A stretch of DNA of 64,000 bases from Pirellulales bacterium (GTDB lineage Bacteria > Planctomycetota > Planctomycetia > Pirellulales > UBA1268). Shown one piece after another: positions 1-9,833 of the stretch (position 1 is the first letter of the stretch; the number at the start of each line of letters is the position of its first letter). The notes beneath the pieces are model-generated. The model did not search any database. It was given only the letters and a program-made list of their open reading frames with translations, and was not told where the DNA came from. The translations under genes and the position numbers were made by a program. The DNA is taken from NCBI GenBank assembly GCA_044370415.1, contig JBILVO010000005.1, forward strand, positions 2,395 through 66,394, in the 5' to 3' direction.

Positions 1-55
1 TCAAGGGCACCTGCGAGAACTGCGAGTGAGCCGGTCGGCCCGGGGCCCGAGCACC

Positions 56-1204
56 ATGCAGCCCCGACACGCCCTGCTCGCTGTCGCCCTGCTCGCCGGC
101 ACCCTGCCGCCGTGCCTGCTGGCGGCCTGCCTGCTGCGTGCTCCGGCGATCGTGCTGACGGCGCCGGATGACCTCGAGATTGTGCAGCGCGACGCCGACG
201 GCGGTGGTGTGGTGCGGATCGCCGGCCGGCTCTCGGGCGTGCCGGTCGCGGGGACCCGCGTGGAGGCGCGGCTGGCCGGTGCGGCGGGCGACGCGGCTGC
301 CTGGCAGGCGGTGGCTGCGCGGGAGGACGGCTTCGCCGACGGCCTGCGGGTCCCGGCAGGCGGCTGGTATCGCCTGGACGTGCGTGCCTCCCGCTCAGGC
401 GGCGTGGTCGCCGAGGCGGTCGTCCCCCGTGTCGGCGTCGGCGAGATCTTCATCGTGGCCGGCCAGTCGAACTCGGCCAACTACGGCGAGACGCGGCAGG
501 CATCCCGCTCGGATCGGGTCGTGGCCCGGGATGGCGGGCGGTGGCAGGTCGCCCGCGACCCGCAGCCGGCCGCCGGCGGGTCGGGCGGCAGTTTCATGCC
601 GCCGCTGGGCGATGCCCTCGTCGCCGCGTTCGACGTGCCCGTCGGATTCGTCGCCTGTGGCCTCGGCGGGACGAGCGTGCGGGAGTGGCTGCCGGAGGGC
701 GGGCGGTTTCCCAGCCCGCCCACGGTCGAGCGCCGTGTGCGGCGGCTGGCCGACGGAGTCTGGGAGAGCGACGGCCGGGCCTACGCCGTGCTCGTCGCGC
801 GCATGAAAGAGCTCGGGCCGCGCGGCTTCCGCGCCGTGCTCTGGCACCAGGGGGAGAGCGACGCCAACCAGCAGGACCCCTCCCGCACGCTTCCGGGCCA
901 CCTCTACCGCGAGTATCTCGAGACGATCATCCGCCGGTCGCGGGCCGACATCGGCTGGAACGCCGATTGGTTCGTCGCACAGGCGACCTACCACGTGCCG
1001 GGTGACGAGTCGTCACCCGACATCCGCGCGGCCCAGGCGGCGGTCGTCGCCGACGGCGTGGCGCTCGCCGGCCCCGACACCGACGCGCTCAAGGGACCAT
1101 TGCGCGAGCGCGGTGGCACCGGCGTCCACTTCAGTGACGCCGGCCTCAAGGCCCATGCCGCCCGGTGGGCGGAGATCCTGGTGCCCTGGATCGGGCCGCG
1201 GTGA
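56..1204 (+). CDS. Secreted SGNH-type carbohydrate esterase, sialate O-acetylesterase-like (DUF303 family)
   Basis: ORF 26..1204. Met at 56 is followed by the signal-like stretch LLAVALLAGTLPPCLLAACLL. It has the GQSNSANYGE nucleophile block and the WHQGESDA block typical of this esterase family. GTG 26 is an alternative start. Confidence 0.8.
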   Translation: MQPRHALLAVALLAGTLPPCLLAACLLRAPAIVLTAPDDLEIVQRDADGGGVVRIAGRLSGVPVAGTRVEARLAGAAGDAAAWQAVAAREDGFADGLRVPAGGWYRLDVRASRSGGVVAEAVVPRVGVGEIFIVAGQSNSANYGETRQASRSDRVVARDGGRWQVARDPQPAAGGSGGSFMPPLGDALVAAFDVPVGFVACGLGGTSVREWLPEGGRFPSPPTVERRVRRLADGVWESDGRAYAVLVARMKELGPRGFRAVLWHQGESDANQQDPSRTLPGHLYREYLETIIRRSRADIGWNADWFVAQATYHVPGDESSPDIRAAQAAVVADGVALAGPDTDALKGPLRERGGTGVHFSDAGLKAHAARWAEILVPWIGPR

Positions 1205-1288
1205 ATGCGGCAGCAGAGCGGCGTGACCGCGCTGCACGGGCGCGCCGGCCCCGAGTGCGTCAGCCCGTGGCGCGCCGCACACGCGGGC

Positions 1289-2152
1289 TCAGCGGGCCAG
1301 CAGCCGCTCGAGCAGCGGCTTGAGACGGCTCGCGAAGAAGGCGTAGCCGCCCTCCTGCGTGAGGTGGATCGTGTCGGGCGCGAAGAGGCCGTCCTTGAGC
1401 CTGCCGTCGGCGTCGACCATCTCGCCCGAGATGTCGAGCACGTGCACGAGCGGGTCGGCGTCGAGCTTCAGGGTGTCGAGGGCCGCGTTCACCTTCTTGA
1501 TGTCCTCGTAGAACGGGTTGCCGGGGGCGTGCGCGGGAAACACCTTCACCACCACGAGCGGCGTCCGGGGGAACTTCTCGCGGAGATGCTTCGCGCAGGC
1601 CTCGATGCCCCGGGCGACGGGCTCGATGCCGGTCTCTGGCGTGAAGAACATGTTGTTGTTGCCGACTAGGAGCACGACGGCCCGTGGCTCGAGCCCCTCC
1701 ACGCCGCCGTGATCGAGCCGCCAGAGCACGTTCTGCGTCTTGTCGCCGCCGATGCCGATGTTGACCGTCTTGAGCGTGCCGAAGTGCTTCAGCCACGCGG
1801 CGCCCCACTGCATCGTGATCGAGTCGCCGACGAGCAGCACGTCGATCGGTCCCTTCGCGGCCTCGACCGTCTTCACGAGGCCGGCGTGCATGTCGAGCCA
1901 GCTGCGGCCTCCCCAGAACCCCGCCGAGGGAACGACGGGCCAGAGATGCGGCAGGTGCTGCGTGACCTCGGCGCCCGGTCGCCGCTCGTGCTCGGGCCTG
2001 AGCACATAGGCCTCCTCCGCGGATGAGAGCGGCCAGCCGGTCTTCTGTGGCTCGGGCGTCGTGTAGGCGTAGTCGAGCCCGCGGGCGACGGGCGGCACGC
2101 AGGCGGTCAGCGTGAGCGCAGCGAGCACGGAGAGCGGGAGCCGCACGTGCAT
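1289..2152 (-). CDS. Secreted GDSL/SGNH hydrolase (esterase/lipase family)
   Basis: Signal peptide MHVRLPLSVLAALTLTAC. SGNH blocks are LLVGDSIT (block I), GIGGD (II), LLVGNNN (III) and APDTIHLT (V). Confidence 0.85.
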   Translation of the reverse strand: MHVRLPLSVLAALTLTACVPPVARGLDYAYTTPEPQKTGWPLSSAEEAYVLRPEHERRPGAEVTQHLPHLWPVVPSAGFWGGRSWLDMHAGLVKTVEAAKGPIDVLLVGDSITMQWGAAWLKHFGTLKTVNIGIGGDKTQNVLWRLDHGGVEGLEPRAVVLLVGNNNMFFTPETGIEPVARGIEACAKHLREKFPRTPLVVVKVFPAHAPGNPFYEDIKKVNAALDTLKLDADPLVHVLDISGEMVDADGRLKDGLFAPDTIHLTQEGGYAFFASRLKPLLERLLAR

Positions 2153-2225
2153 GGAGGAGGTGTCTCCGAGGTCTCGGAGTGTGGTGTGGACGTGACGCGG
2201 CGGTCAGGCTTGGCTGACGACCTGG

Positions 2226-2570
2226 TCAATAGCGTGGGACATTCGGATCGACCTCGGCGCTCCAGGCGTCGATGCCGCCCCGCATGCTCGACACGAGCTG
2301 AAAGCCCTTCTCGCGGAGCCAGTGGGTCACCCGCAGGCTGCGAACACCGTGGTGGCAGTGCACGATGATCGGCTTGCTCCGCCACTGCTCGAGCTCGCCG
2401 ATCCGCTCGGGCAGCTCCTGCATCGGCAGCAGCACGGCGCCTGCGATCCGGGCCGTCGCATGCTCCTCCGGCGTGCGGCAGTCGAGCAGGAGCATCTCGC
2501 CGGGGTGCGACTCCCAGAGGAGTGTTTTCGCTTCGGCGGCGGAGATTTCCACGGGTGTTTCGGCAGTCAT
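2226..2570 (-). CDS. Single-domain rhodanese (sulfurtransferase)
   Basis: 114 aa. The active-site loop is IIVHCHHGVRS, with LLLDCRTPEEH and GGIDAW blocks typical of rhodanese domains. Confidence 0.85.
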   Translation of the reverse strand: MTAETPVEISAAEAKTLLWESHPGEMLLLDCRTPEEHATARIAGAVLLPMQELPERIGELEQWRSKPIIVHCHHGVRSLRVTHWLREKGFQLVSSMRGGIDAWSAEVDPNVPRY

Positions 2571-2627
2571 CGGCGTGCTCTTTCGGGGTGCGGGTGTCTG
2601 CGGGTGTTCGAACGGATCGGGTGTGGG

Positions 2628-4433
2628 TCAGCGGGCGACCGGCACGAGCACCAGCCGGCGGACGTCGGCGACGGTCGCGCCCGGAATCGTCGTGGCTGCA
2701 AGCGCGAGCGTGGCCGGCCCCTTCGCCAGATCGATCGTGCCCAGCGACAGCGGCCGGAACTCCTTGTCGAATCCCTCGCCGTGGCGGCGCTCGACCCGGT
2801 CCTCACCGCGGTTGAGCGGCGGATCCCAGCCGGGCTGGATCGTCGCTGCAACCGACGCGTCGCCGCAGGAGAGCCTCACGCTCGACCCTGCGTCGGCCGC
2901 GAGGCAGGTGTACCAGAGCACCGCCTCGTAGGTGCCGGCGGTCAGCACGTCGACCGTCCAGGTGATCGAGTCGTCGGTCTTCGTCCACTGGACGAAGTGG
3001 GAGCAGTTGGGCGCCTTGGCATTCCGCGCGACGCCGCCGTGCGGTCGGCCGTCGCGGGCCGGCAGCTCCGTGTGCGGGCTGCCCGGGAAACCCACCGGAA
3101 ACCGCTCCTCGGCCGGCACGGGCACCGCGGCCAGCACGGTCTTCCGCCAATCGGCGGCGATGCCAGCGAGTCGCGCGGCCTCCTCCGGGGCGGCGCCGGC
3201 GATGTCTCGGGTCTGGCCGGGATCGGCGGCGAGGTCGTAGAGCCGGCCCTGGGCGTCGAGCCGGTGGGTCGGGCTGCGGACGCTCACCTTGCCCCCGAAG
3301 CTCGCCACGATCGTGCGCTCTGCCGCCCGCGATGCGACGGACCCCGCCGACGGGAGATCGAGCAGCAGCGGCGCGAGGTCGATGCCGTCGAGCGGCTTGA
3401 CCGGCCCGAGGTCGACGCCGGCCAGACCGGCGAGCGTGGGCAACAGATCGATTGCGCCGGCGAGCTGCGGCACGACGGTGCCGGCGGTGATCCGCGCCGG
3501 CCAGCGGAGGCAGCAGACGCTCCGCACGCCGCCGTCGTCGGTCGTGCCCTTGCGGCCCCGCATGCCGCCGCACCAGCGGGTGCTGTTGGCGCCGTTGTCG
3601 GACACATAGACGACGATCGTGTCGCGGGCCGCGCCTAGGCGGTCGAGCGTCGCGAGCAGCTGCGCCACGTTCGCGTCGAGGTTTTCCATCATCGCCAGGG
3701 CGGCGCGGGTGAAGGGGAGTTCCTCGCGGTCGCCGTCGGCGCCCCGCAGGTCGATCGGCTTGTCGCGGAACCGGTTCCATGCCTCGTCGGGCACGCACAT
3801 CGGCGAGTGCGGCGTGTTGAAGGCGACGTAGCAGAGGAACGGCCGGCCGGCCGCGGCCGCACGCTCGATGAAGCCGCCGGCGTGGGCGGCGATGTCGTCG
3901 GCGATGTAGCCCCTGCCGCGGACGAACCGGCCGTCGTGCTCCAGGGGCGGATCGAAATAGTCGCCCCAATGCCCTTCCGTGAAGCCATAGAAGGTGTCGA
4001 AGCCGCGGGCCAGCGGATGGTAGGGCCACTGGGTGCCGTTGTGCCACTTGCCGAAGCAGCCGGTGGCGTGGCCGGCGTCGCGGAAGACCTCGGCGAGCGT
4101 CCGCTCCGCGGGGTCCATCCGCTCCTCGCCGAGCGTGACGCCGCGGACGCCGCTGCGCGGATGATAGCGGCCGGTGAGCAGCTCGGCCCGGGTGGGGGCG
4201 CAGACCGGCTGCACGCAGAACCGCTCGAGGACCGCGCCGTCGCGGGCGAGCGAGTCGATCGCGGGCGTGGCGAGGTTCGTGTTGCCGACGAACGAGTAGT
4301 CGCCCCAGCCGGCGTCGTCGGCGACGATGACGAGCACGTTTGGCCGCGGCGACGTGGCGGTCGCGACGGCGGCGCAGAGCCAGCCGGCGGCCACGGCCGC
4401 GATCAGGCGGAGGTGTCGGGCTCTTCGGTGCAT
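2628..4433 (-). CDS. Cys-type sulfatase (arylsulfatase family) with a C-terminal beta-rich extra domain
   Basis: ORF 2628..5519 trimmed to the in-frame Met at 4433 (MHRRARHLRLIAAVAAGWLCAAVATA signal). It has NVLVIVADDAGWGD and the formylglycine signature CAPTRAELLTGR. The upstream 360 codons are Arg/Gly-rich run-through. Confidence 0.9.
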   Translation of the reverse strand: MHRRARHLRLIAAVAAGWLCAAVATATSPRPNVLVIVADDAGWGDYSFVGNTNLATPAIDSLARDGAVLERFCVQPVCAPTRAELLTGRYHPRSGVRGVTLGEERMDPAERTLAEVFRDAGHATGCFGKWHNGTQWPYHPLARGFDTFYGFTEGHWGDYFDPPLEHDGRFVRGRGYIADDIAAHAGGFIERAAAAGRPFLCYVAFNTPHSPMCVPDEAWNRFRDKPIDLRGADGDREELPFTRAALAMMENLDANVAQLLATLDRLGAARDTIVVYVSDNGANSTRWCGGMRGRKGTTDDGGVRSVCCLRWPARITAGTVVPQLAGAIDLLPTLAGLAGVDLGPVKPLDGIDLAPLLLDLPSAGSVASRAAERTIVASFGGKVSVRSPTHRLDAQGRLYDLAADPGQTRDIAGAAPEEAARLAGIAADWRKTVLAAVPVPAEERFPVGFPGSPHTELPARDGRPHGGVARNAKAPNCSHFVQWTKTDDSITWTVDVLTAGTYEAVLWYTCLAADAGSSVRLSCGDASVAATIQPGWDPPLNRGEDRVERRHGEGFDKEFRPLSLGTIDLAKGPATLALAATTIPGATVADVRRLVLVPVAR

Positions 4434-4664
4434 GGAACCCGTGAGAATACGGGAAACGAGGGCCGACAGCACCTCGGCCGCCGCCGGTCGGGTGGTCCGG
4501 GCCGTGCGCCCCTTTGACCCTGTCGGGCCGCCGCCGGAGAATGCGCCGCTCCGGGTGCCGCCTCGCACTGCCGATCGCCAGCCGGGGCCCTCCGTTGCGT
4601 CTGTGTGTTCCGACTGCTTTCCGGCTGCGGCTTTTCCGCGCTCGTTCTTGCCCAGGGGGTCTCC

Positions 4665-5150
4665 ATGAGGTCTGTCAGCCGTGTCCTGCTCGTGTGTGCG
4701 TGCGTGGTCTCGGCCGTGGTTCCCGCCGCCGCCTCGGCTCAGGCCCAGACGCCGGGTGACGCGCCGCTGCTCGCGGAGCTGACGGCGCTCGAGCGGGCCA
4801 GCTGGGAGGCCACGGTCCGCGATGACAAGGAGTTTTTCCGCGGCTACATGGCGCCCGAGTTCAAGGGCTTCTTCGCCGACGGCACGGTGGCCGGCCGGGA
4901 GGAGTTTCTCCGCACCATGGACGACTTCCACCTCGTCACGTACTCCATGGGGGACGTGAGCATGATGCGGATCAACGCGGACGCGGCGCTGGTGCTCTAT
5001 CGGGCCAGCTTCGAGGGGGTCCACAAGGGGAAGCGGCTCGCGCAGACCACCGTCGAGTCGTCGTCGCTCTACGTGCGCCGCGACGGCAAGTGGCTCGAGA
5101 TCTTCTATCAGGAGACGGCGATTCCCACCGAAGCGCCGCCGACGAAGTGA
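4665..5150 (+). CDS. Secreted SnoaL/NTF2-like (DUF4440-like) protein
   Basis: ORF 4605..5150. Met at 4665 gives the signal MRSVSRVLLVCACVVSAVVPAAASAQA. ERASWEATVRDDKEFF ... LYVRRDGKWLEIFYQET is the typical NTF2-like pattern. Confidence 0.65.
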   Translation: MRSVSRVLLVCACVVSAVVPAAASAQAQTPGDAPLLAELTALERASWEATVRDDKEFFRGYMAPEFKGFFADGTVAGREEFLRTMDDFHLVTYSMGDVSMMRINADAALVLYRASFEGVHKGKRLAQTTVESSSLYVRRDGKWLEIFYQETAIPTEAPPTK

Positions 5151-5190
5151 CCAGCCCGAAAAGCGGGCGGTCCCCCGGCCACGAACCCAC

Positions 5191-5844
5191 GTGACGATCA
5201 TGGCGATGACACGTCGACACAAGCGGGCCGCCGTGATCGCCGGCGTCGTGGCGGCGCTCACGGCGACCGCGGCGGGCGGCTGGTGGGCGGGCTGGTTCGG
5301 GCCGCACGAGGATCCGCGGATCACCGAGCTGCGGCTGCTCCAGGAGGACCTCATCCGCCGGTATCCGCCCGAGCGGGGCCCGCAGTCGCTCGCCGAGGCG
5401 GCGGAACGTGCGGCGGCGATCGGCGGCTTCATGCTGAAGGTGCAGGCGCTGCCCCCCGAGCTGCGGCCGCAGGCGATCCAGTCGGGCCGCGATGCGATGC
5501 TCCGCATCGTGGATGGCAAGGCGCAGGCCTACTTCGCCCTGCCCGCCGCCGACCGGCAGGCGTTTCTCGACGCGGAGATCAGGCAGGGGGAACTCATGCG
5601 CAAGGCCTTCGAGGCCGGGAAGACGGCGCTGAAGTGGGCGGGCGTCGGCGGCCGCGGCACGGACCCGGCGAAGGCGGCCCCCGGCAACGGGCCCGGCGGA
5701 TCGCAGGACGACCGCAACCGCTGGCGGAAGAGCGTCATCGACAGGACCACCCCGGCGCAGCGGTCGCGGATCACGGAATACATGGCCGCGATCGAGGGCC
5801 GTCGCAAACAGCTCGGCCTGCCGGCGGCGCCGTTTGGACCCTGA
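5191..5844 (+). CDS. Hypothetical membrane-anchored protein
   Basis: GTG start (ATG alternative at 5200). One N-terminal TM (AAVIAGVVAALTATAAGGWWAGWF). Balanced composition and high GC3. I recognise no family. Confidence 0.55.
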   Translation: MTIMAMTRRHKRAAVIAGVVAALTATAAGGWWAGWFGPHEDPRITELRLLQEDLIRRYPPERGPQSLAEAAERAAAIGGFMLKVQALPPELRPQAIQSGRDAMLRIVDGKAQAYFALPAADRQAFLDAEIRQGELMRKAFEAGKTALKWAGVGGRGTDPAKAAPGNGPGGSQDDRNRWRKSVIDRTTPAQRSRITEYMAAIEGRRKQLGLPAAPFGP

Positions 5845-6009
5845 CGCCACTGCTGCCGGGCCGGCTGCACGCGAAACACCGCATCCTGCGGTTTTCGCTT
5901 GGCGGGCATCCGCCCACTGGTGCTGCGCTCTGAATCCTGCCGAGCACGGGGAGCCGGGCCGGCGGTGATCGCTCCGGACGGATCGTGTTCCACGAACAAC
6001 CAAAGCGGT

Positions 6010-7239
6010 CTAATACCAGACGCCCGCACGGACGAGGAACGTGTCGGACGGATAGAGCCAGGGCTGATCGGTGAGGTAGTACTGCACCGAGCGGCCGGTG
6101 ACCCAGCCCGCCTCGAACTTCCACGAGAGGCCGAGATCCGCGGGCTTGCGCTCCCAGCCCGCCAGAAGCCGGTAGTCGCGGATGACGATGATCTGGTCCT
6201 GCCCCTTCGTCGGGCCGGTGACCGACTGCATGGCCCACTGGTTGCCGCCGAACTCCGCCGCCAGATAGAGCCAGTGGCTCGCCCGCGGTCGCTCGGCGAT
6301 CCGCCAAGCCAGCCGCGGCCGCGGAAAGATGAGTTCGAACCGCTTGTCGTCGGCGGGCGTCCAGAGCAGGCCGCCGGCCGGTAGAAAGTCGACGTCGTAG
6401 CGGTCAAGGTAGATGAGGCCCGCGATCACCCGCAGGTCCTCGTGGGCCTCCCAGGCCGTGAAGCCGTGGCCCGTGATCCGCATCGCCTGGGGCGAGTCGT
6501 TGTGGAAGTCGCTGTACCAGCCCGGCGAGACCGCCAGGTCGATCCCCACCCGCTCGTTCAGCTTCTTGAGCCACCGCGCCTGGACGTAGCCCTCGAACAG
6601 CTCGCCCGGGATGTCGGCGCCCGGCGGGATGTCGGTGAGCGTGCCGACGAAACCGGTCGTGACCAACAGCGGCGACTGCACCGTCGGACAGGGCAGCCCC
6701 AGCGTGATCGTCTTCTCGAGGGTCGTCAGGCCGAGGCCGTTCGCATCGAGCTTCGGCAGCTCCGTGGCCATGCAGAGCGCCTGCTGCAGGATGCCGGGCT
6801 TCGCGCCCGGAGGCAGCTTGCGGCCCGCCGGCGGTTCGAACTCCTGCCGCGGCTGGCCCGGCGGCGCCAGGTCGTCGGGCATGAGCGGCTCCTCGAGGTC
6901 CTGCGGGTCGCCCAGCGCCGCCAGCCGGATCTGGTCGAAGAGCGTCTTTGGCCGTTCATCGATCGGCGGCAGCGGCCGGACGCGATCCGCGTCGACGGCG
7001 ACCGCCTCCGGCGGCGAGTTGGGGATGGCCGGCGCGTCGGCGTGGGCGGCGGTGGCCGCCAGCAGTCGGGCGGCGAGCAGGCATGCGACCAGGCACGGCA
7101 GCAGGTCGCCGCGCTGGCAGGCCGACAGTCCGGCGAACGTTTGTCCGGCGGCCGTTGGGCCCCGCGGCGATGTGCGTCTGCGATCAGCCACGTCTGCCGG
7201 TCCTCGCCCTGTGCCAAGAGATCGTGGCCCGCCGGTCAT
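6010..7239 (-). CDS. Putative outer-membrane beta-barrel protein, paralog A
   Basis: ORF 6010..7623 trimmed to Met 7239. Signal-like LLPCLVACLLAARLLAATAAHA. Alternating beta-strand pattern and the aromatic C-terminus FLVRAGVWY. It aligns clearly with the neighbour 7374..8624. The start is uncertain. Confidence 0.65.
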   Translation of the reverse strand: MTGGPRSLGTGRGPADVADRRRTSPRGPTAAGQTFAGLSACQRGDLLPCLVACLLAARLLAATAAHADAPAIPNSPPEAVAVDADRVRPLPPIDERPKTLFDQIRLAALGDPQDLEEPLMPDDLAPPGQPRQEFEPPAGRKLPPGAKPGILQQALCMATELPKLDANGLGLTTLEKTITLGLPCPTVQSPLLVTTGFVGTLTDIPPGADIPGELFEGYVQARWLKKLNERVGIDLAVSPGWYSDFHNDSPQAMRITGHGFTAWEAHEDLRVIAGLIYLDRYDVDFLPAGGLLWTPADDKRFELIFPRPRLAWRIAERPRASHWLYLAAEFGGNQWAMQSVTGPTKGQDQIIVIRDYRLLAGWERKPADLGLSWKFEAGWVTGRSVQYYLTDQPWLYPSDTFLVRAGVWY

Positions 7240-7373
7240 GCACGCACTGAGGGCTAGGAGGCCGTGGATAAAGTCGTCCGCCGCTGGAAGCGGCGGCAGC
7301 GAGCGGCGAAAAATCTCGGTTTTTGCCGCTTGCCCTCGTGGGAAAAGGCCAGGGAGGGCTTTTTCCACGCCAG

Positions 7374-8624
7374 CTAGTAGGCCAGGCCGACACGCAGCAT
7401 GAGCGTGTCGTTCAGGTTCTGATACTGCCCCGAAGGCGGGCCGTCGACGTAGAAGAGCTGGCGGGCGAAGACGTAGCCCACCTCCATGTTGCCCGCGAGC
7501 CCGGTCCCGGTGATCGGGATGAATTCCGTGCCCAGTGTGACGCGGATGTCGTTGTAGTCGAACGGCGAGATGCCGGTGTACTGGCTTCCGTCGGAGTTGA
7601 AGGTGCTGCGGCGGAACGTCCACGCGCCGCCGCCGTACTCGCCGGCGACGTAGCCCCAGACGTTGCGGTTGGCCATCGTCGTGAGCCGGCGGGCGACCCG
7701 CGGCGCCGGAAAGAAGATGTCGTAGCGGGTGTTCGCGTCCGGGGTCCAGACGACGCCGAACGCCGGCAGGAGCTTCACCAGGTTGCGGTCGAGGTAGACG
7801 ATGCCCGCCTTGGCCTGCATGGTGGGGGTGAGCTGCAGCGTGCCGATCGCCCGGCCCATGAGTCGCCAGCTCTGCCAGACGAAGACGTCCCAGTTGGTGA
7901 AGATGCCGACCCGCAGGCCGAGCTCCGCGCCGAAGAGCGGCGTGAACTGGGGGTTCCAGGCGCCGTCGATGAAGATGTCGTAGGTGCTCGGCGGCAGGTC
8001 GGCCGTCATCGATGGCGTCGTCTGCGGGCCGTCCCAGAGCTGCAGGCCGAAGCCGGGTGTGATCAAGAGCGGCGCGTGGTTGAGGTTCGCCGGCGAGTTG
8101 TGGAAGAACGGCACGGCGAACGTGGCCGTCGTGTCGAGCTCATTGACGCCGACGCTCGTGCCCTGCCCGTTGCCGAAGAGGTAGGCCCAGCTGCCCCGGG
8201 CGCCCTGGTAGAGCCGCATCGTCTGCTGGAAGGTGGAGTTCTGTGACGGGTAGCCGGGAGGAAAGAGCGAGCCGCTCATCGGCGGCGGACCCTGTGTCGG
8301 CGTCAGCGAGGGCGCCGCGGTCGAGTAGCCGGGATAGCCTGGCTGTCCGCTGATCGCCGAGGGCGCCCAGGTCGAGCCGCCGGGCGCAGCGGCCGGCGCT
8401 GGAAAGAGCTGCGAGGCCTGCGGCGCGTAGGCATCCCATCCGGGCGGCGGCGGCGGCAGCGCCGGCGCCTGCGCGATCCGATCGAGTGACGACGCGGCCG
8501 GTGGGGGCAGCGCCACCGTCTGCGCCAGGGCGTCGCGGGGCAGCGTGGCTGCCGCGCACGCAAGCGCGTGTGCGAGGATGAGCGTCTGGAGATGGAGATG
8601 GCCGGAGCGCACGCGAGACCGCAT
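7374..8624 (-). CDS. Putative outer-membrane beta-barrel protein, paralog B (Pro-rich N-terminal region)
   Basis: Signal MRSRVRSGHLHLQTLILAHALACAAATLPRDALA. A Pro/Gly/Tyr-rich linker precedes the barrel-like region, which ends MLRVGLAY. It shares blocks with paralog A (YLDR..LLPA.G..WTP, F.PRLA.R, AEFGG/GEYGG). Confidence 0.7.
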   Translation of the reverse strand: MRSRVRSGHLHLQTLILAHALACAAATLPRDALAQTVALPPPAASSLDRIAQAPALPPPPPGWDAYAPQASQLFPAPAAAPGGSTWAPSAISGQPGYPGYSTAAPSLTPTQGPPPMSGSLFPPGYPSQNSTFQQTMRLYQGARGSWAYLFGNGQGTSVGVNELDTTATFAVPFFHNSPANLNHAPLLITPGFGLQLWDGPQTTPSMTADLPPSTYDIFIDGAWNPQFTPLFGAELGLRVGIFTNWDVFVWQSWRLMGRAIGTLQLTPTMQAKAGIVYLDRNLVKLLPAFGVVWTPDANTRYDIFFPAPRVARRLTTMANRNVWGYVAGEYGGGAWTFRRSTFNSDGSQYTGISPFDYNDIRVTLGTEFIPITGTGLAGNMEVGYVFARQLFYVDGPPSGQYQNLNDTLMLRVGLAY

Positions 8625-9017
8625 CCTGAGCGTGGATCGTGGGCTACGAAGCAGAGCCCGGCCGTCCGGCCCGGCACGGGCGGGCAGACTGTCGCCAAAG
8701 CAAGGGGGGGTACCGCGCTTGAGCGGCGAGGGTCAAGGTCGCAGCGGGGCGGCCCCTGCCGGCGGATCGGGGCCGCCTGCCGCCCTTGCCCCGGCTGCCG
8801 CGGCCATGCCTGCGCAGGCTCCCCATCCTGCACCACCGGCGTCGACGGCTGGAACCGCCGCGGACCGGGGCGGCCGTGGTGATGCCCGGGGGGTGAAGAC
8901 CGCTGCCCAACCCCGCCGCCGGCTGGTGCGGCAACGCGGGCGGCGACGCGGTTCCCATGCGGAATCGTGCGTGGCACCAGTGGTCCGTGGAGCCGGCGGC
9001 GTCAATACTCGGTCGCC

Positions 9018-9827
9018 ATGGCCGCGCCTTCCCTGCCCGACTCCGACCCGATCGACGCCGAGACGCTGGTCGCCGGCACGGGCCTGGCGCGGTTCGAGCA
9101 TCTGGCCGCAATCGACTCGACGATGGAGCGGGCGCGGGAATTCGCCCTCGATCCATGCTGCCCTCTGCCGGCCGCCGTCGTCGCCGATCGCCAGTCGGCC
9201 GGACGCGGCCGCCGCGGGGCGGGCTGGTGGCAGGCCGACGCGAGCCTCGCGGTGAGCGTAGTCGTCGACGCCGGGCCGGCACGCGCGGCGCCGCCCGCGG
9301 TCTGGTCGTTGGCCTGCGGTGTGGCGCTCGCCGAGGCGGTCGCCGCGGCCGTTCCCGGCGTCGAGCCGACGGTCCGCTGGCCCAACGACGTCGAGGTCGA
9401 AGGCAGAAAGCTCGCCGGCATCCTGGTCGAGGCGCCGGCGGGAGGCAGAGCGATCTTCGGTGTCGGCGTGAACACGGCCGGTTCGAGTCGGGATGCACCT
9501 CCTGCGCTGCAGCGGCGGCTCATCACGCTGCCCGACCTCACGGGCCGCGTGCTGTCGCGGCAGGATCTGCTCCTGGTGTTCCTGCCCCGGCTCTTCGCGC
9601 TCCTGACGCAGACGGTTGCGAGCCCCGCGGCGTTCGTGGAGCGGTATCGGGCGCGGTGCGGCCTCGACGGCCATCCGGTCACGGTGTTTCAGGGTGCGGA
9701 GAGGGTCGCGGGCATCTGCCGCGGCATCGCGGCCGACGGTAGCCTGGTGGTCGACACGCCCCATGGCCGCAGGCTCTTCGGCTCGGGCAGCCTCACCGAT
9801 CCGGACCACGTCTGGCCCGGGGAGTGA
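9018..9827 (+). CDS. birA: Biotin--[acetyl-CoA-carboxylase] ligase (class I, no HTH domain)
   Basis: ORF 8967..9827 with Met at 9018. It has the GRGRRGAGWW biotin-binding loop, VRWPNDVEVEGRKLAGILVE, and a C-terminal SH3-like tail. Confidence 0.85.
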   Translation: MAAPSLPDSDPIDAETLVAGTGLARFEHLAAIDSTMERAREFALDPCCPLPAAVVADRQSAGRGRRGAGWWQADASLAVSVVVDAGPARAAPPAVWSLACGVALAEAVAAAVPGVEPTVRWPNDVEVEGRKLAGILVEAPAGGRAIFGVGVNTAGSSRDAPPALQRRLITLPDLTGRVLSRQDLLLVFLPRLFALLTQTVASPAAFVERYRARCGLDGHPVTVFQGAERVAGICRGIAADGSLVVDTPHGRRLFGSGSLTDPDHVWPGE

Positions 9828-9833
9828 TGTCGG

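Noticed and set aside
1-29. Possible 3' end of an upstream plus-strand gene (...KGTCENCE-stop, TGA at 27-29).
   Set aside because: Only 9 codons are visible, which is not enough to support a feature call.
4434-5519. N-terminal run-through extensions of ORF-track entries. Examples are 2628-5519, 6010-7623, 14267-15538, 22635-24695, 26408-28276, 34686-37958, 43750-47979, 50641-53622 and 56502-58370.
   Set aside because: The upstream parts have shadow-like composition and overlap other well-supported genes. I trimmed each ORF to the in-frame start that gives a sensible N-terminus (a signal peptide or the conserved family N-terminus). These trimmed starts remain uncertain without experimental data.
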